In this document: positions 24,731 to 27,281 of the stretch, in pieces | How positions within the stretch are numbered: position 1 is the stretch's first letter | How the letters are laid out: every line of letters starts with the position of its first letter | Origin: an uncultured Bacteroidales bacterium | Lineage (GTDB): Bacteria; Bacteroidota; Bacteroidia; Bacteroidales; UBA12077 | DNA length: 27,281 nt | Direction: 5' to 3' | NCBI GenBank assembly: GCA_964453775.1 | Contig: CAYVSF010000002.1 | Location: forward strand, 1-27,281 | The notes under the pieces: model-generated | What the model saw: the letters and a program-made list of their open reading frames with translations, nothing else | The model's database searches: none | Told to the model about the DNA's origin: nothing | Program-made: the position numbers and the translations under genes

Positions 24731-26665
24731 TTAAGGGTTGATTTTTAATTGCCCCCAGGTATTTTCAATATCTACACTTACATTGGTTTCAGGAATTTGC
24801 TCTTTATTATTGACCATAATTGATTTTACAGCAACATTTTCTTTAAGATATTCCGAAAGCTCACGATAAGTAATATTTCCTTTTGTCTCCTGTAGTTTTT
24901 TTAGCAAATGATACGTAAACATGCCATGTTGCTTTTCTTTGTAAGGCAGTGAGGATTGGTCTCCCGAGCTGGCTGAAAACACCACCATATTGCCTTTAAA
25001 AATATTTTCTTTCGGTTGGATTTTTACTCCTCTGGCAGCAATTAGTCCCTGGTTTCTAGCACCGCCACTAAAGCAGGCATCCAGAAATACTGTTACCCTT
25101 TTGGTTGGAAACTCGGTTAGTTTTTTATAAACCTCATTGAGGCTCAGGGCAAATTCTAAATCCGAACCACTCACGTCTACAGGCATAATATAGGGCTCCT
25201 TGGTCTTTTCATCCGGGAAGCCATGGCCTGCATAATAGAAGAAAATTTCTGATTTTCCTTTGGTAATATTAGCAATCATGTTAATCTTATTAATAGCCCG
25301 GTGCATCTGAATAGCCCTGGCATCCGTAAGGAATATAATATTTTCTTCAGGTACGCCCAGCACATGTTGAGCATATTTTTTAAAGATCTCTGCATCTCTT
25401 TGCGCAAAATCAACATTGGCTTCTGTTTTAAGGCCCAGCTGAAAACTACTGTAGTCTTCATTTCCAATAATTAAAGCATAACGATAAGGATCTGGTTGGA
25501 TACCTAAATCCCGAATCAAGTCCACATCAATAACATTTCCCTGAACTTTTTGGGGCGTCGATACCACAGTGCCAGCAATTGCTTGATTTGTTTCTTGCTT
25601 CTTTTCCGGCTTTTTTTCCTCAACAACTTTTGTTTCCGGCTCGCTTTTCTCCTCAACAACTTCTTGCTCTTTGGGTTTATTTTGGGCCATTAAAATTGGT
25701 TTTTGAGCAGAGGAAGGAATGTTTAATGACGCAACATCCCATAAGCTGATGTCATAAGTAAAATCTGAGGTGAGTATTTTTTTGCCATCCGGACTGAATT
25801 CTGCAGTGAATATTTTGTCTCTTTGTTTCTCTGAACTGTAAACCATCTTTCCCGATTCAACTTCCCAAATAATAAAATAGCGATCATGGCTTCCGCTTAA
25901 CAGGTATTTGCTGTCGTTGCTAAACTGTACGGTTTGCACCCAATCGCGATGCGCAAGGAGGGAATTATATTCTTTCCCATCTTTCCATATCTGGATGCGT
26001 TTATCATCACCAGCACTTGCGATTAGGCTACCATCCGGGCTGTAGGCTACAGCCCTTACCCAGGAAGAATGTGCTTTTATGGAGGATATTTCATTTCCCC
26101 TGGGGATGTTCCATTCTTTTACTGTTTTATCTGCACTGCCGGATACCAATTTAGATCCTGAAGGATGAAACATCAATGAAGTCACATTTCCCCGATGTCC
26201 TTTTAAATCTTCAAGGAATCTTCCTCTTTCCAGATCCCAGAGTTTGATATACTCATCTGCGCTTCCTGAAGCTATGTATTTGTCATCCGCGCTAATATCA
26301 ATGGCAATGATTTGGTCGCGGTGGCCTTTCATATCATGAATGATTTTTCCGCTTTTATATTCCCATATTTTTACTTTATTGTCTTTGCCTCCGGATACTA
26401 AATAACGACTGTCATGCGTGAATTTTAATGCACGTGGCCAGCCACGAGTCTTCATTTCATTTATGATTGCACCGCTATGTGCATCCCAAATAACAATTTT
26501 ATTATCGGTTCCTCCGGTGGCGATGTATCGGGAGTCGGGGCTGTAGGCCGAACAGATCACCTGGTGCCCCCGCTTGTGCAATGTTTTCGATAATTGAATT
26601 TGCCCATGTCCGCTTGAAAATACGAAAAGAAAAGCGAGACTCAGTAGGATAATTCTTTTTTTCAT
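24731..26665 (-). CDS. Exported WD40 (7-blade) + caspase-like (peptidase C14) protein
   Basis: Signal peptide ending GHG-Q, seven WD repeats (e.g. KGHRGNVTSLMFHPSGSKLVSGSADKTVKEW) and a K/E/P linker. Caspase motifs YALIIGN, FYYAGHG (His), FLDACFSG (Cys), HGMFTYHLL. Confidence 0.9.
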   Translation of the reverse strand: MKKRIILLSLAFLFVFSSGHGQIQLSKTLHKRGHQVICSAYSPDSRYIATGGTDNKIVIWDAHSGAIINEMKTRGWPRALKFTHDSRYLVSGGKDNKVKIWEYKSGKIIHDMKGHRDQIIAIDISADDKYIASGSADEYIKLWDLERGRFLEDLKGHRGNVTSLMFHPSGSKLVSGSADKTVKEWNIPRGNEISSIKAHSSWVRAVAYSPDGSLIASAGDDKRIQIWKDGKEYNSLLAHRDWVQTVQFSNDSKYLLSGSHDRYFIIWEVESGKMVYSSEKQRDKIFTAEFSPDGKKILTSDFTYDISLWDVASLNIPSSAQKPILMAQNKPKEQEVVEEKSEPETKVVEEKKPEKKQETNQAIAGTVVSTPQKVQGNVIDVDLIRDLGIQPDPYRYALIIGNEDYSSFQLGLKTEANVDFAQRDAEIFKKYAQHVLGVPEENIIFLTDARAIQMHRAINKINMIANITKGKSEIFFYYAGHGFPDEKTKEPYIMPVDVSGSDLEFALSLNEVYKKLTEFPTKRVTVFLDACFSGGARNQGLIAARGVKIQPKENIFKGNMVVFSASSGDQSSLPYKEKQHGMFTYHLLKKLQETKGNITYRELSEYLKENVAVKSIMVNNKEQIPETNVSVDIENTWGQLKINP

Positions 26666-26691
26666 AACTAGGCGGGTTTTATATATTTAAT

Positions 26692-26699
26692 CAAAAGTA
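26692..26699 (-). promoter_or_regulatory. -7 promoter element for the WD40-caspase gene
   Basis: TACTTTTG on the minus strand, 26 bp upstream of the ATG at 26665. Confidence 0.55.
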
Positions 26700-26768
26700 T
26701 TGCAAATCCAATTAACAGTAATATTACAAATTTACACTAAATTAAAGGAGCAAATTATATACCAAATG

Positions 26769-27281
26769 TTATAATTCTTTTGATTTTGCAAAACTAAACC
26801 GTATTCCCAACTGAAAGCTGGTAAGTTGAGCATTAAACTCTTCAAAAACTAACAGGTATGTCAGGTAGCTTACCTGTCCGTACAGAGCGAGGTGATCACT
26901 AAAGTTCCATTCTAATCCACCTCCAGGTTGCAGTCCTACTCCGGGATTAAATGTTTCCACATAATCATAACCAGAATAATTGTATTCATCATATGCAATT
27001 GAAACAAAATCAATATTGGTGTCTACAAATAAATAGGGAACAAACTTTTTGGCCCTTGTTAGCTTTAACCGAAAGCCAATACCAACACCAAAATGATTAT
27101 AATACAGGTCATAGCTACTTTCGCCTTCAAGTTCCGGCAAGCTGAAATATTTTACGCCAAGCATCATGGCAAATCGTTTGGTGAAATTAATGTGGAGGGC
27201 GCCATCAATAGAAGCTCCGCCTGAGAAATAATTCGTCAGTTCGTTTTGCGGATTCATTGCTCCAAGTCCCAAATTTAATGA
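26769..27281 (-). CDS. Outer-membrane beta-barrel protein (OmpA/OmpW-like), 5'-truncated
   Basis: The frame is open to the window end. It has alternating amphipathic strands (FGVGIGFRL, GLQPGGGLEWNF, LYGQVSY) and ends FQLGIRFSF. Confidence 0.72.
   Translation of the reverse strand, partial: SLNLGLGAMNPQNELTNYFSGGASIDGALHINFTKRFAMMLGVKYFSLPELEGESSYDLYYNHFGVGIGFRLKLTRAKKFVPYLFVDTNIDFVSIAYDEYNYSGYDYVETFNPGVGLQPGGGLEWNFSDHLALYGQVSYLTYLLVFEEFNAQLTSFQLGIRFSFAKSKEL

Noticed and set aside
17022-26665. Three beta-propeller proteins within 10 kb (cyclase sensor, PorZ, WD40-caspase)
   Set aside because: They belong to different propeller families and different transcription units. Propellers are abundant in Bacteroidota, so this is probably coincidence.

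Overview
AT-rich chromosomal window from a Bacteroidota bacterium, most likely Bacteroidales/Marinilabiliales-like. Support: TAnnTTTG -7 promoters, signal peptides followed by Gln, porZ and a T9SS cargo protein. It holds about 20 genes. From left to right: (1) a tightly coupled minus-strand polyamine operon (short fold-III arginine decarboxylase, GNAT-nitrilase fusion, agmatinase, deoxyhypusine-synthase-like gene that runs off the left edge and is missing from the ORF track); (2) an HU-like/TM/SPOR protein; (3) a Cache-PAS3 hybrid histidine kinase; (4) a C1B aminopeptidase and a ferritin-like/VIT1 fusion; (5) a T9SS cargo protein and a DUF2809 protein; (6) tRNA-Gln(TTG) with an att-like scar; (7) a PspC(short)-PadR-PspC(long) envelope-stress operon with a candidate operator; (8) DUF2797; (9) a membrane-anchored propeller/Y_Y_Y-sensor class III adenylate cyclase carrying a C-terminal HD hydrolase domain, divergent from a tandem USP gene; (10) rdgB and porZ; (11) an exported WD40-caspase; (12) a partial outer-membrane beta-barrel. 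No transposase, integrase, rRNA or CRISPR array was seen. The best candidates for undescribed systems are the sensor-cyclase-HD/USP module and the GNAT-nitrilase embedded in a probable homospermidine operon. All family assignments come from motif recognition by eye, not from database searches.
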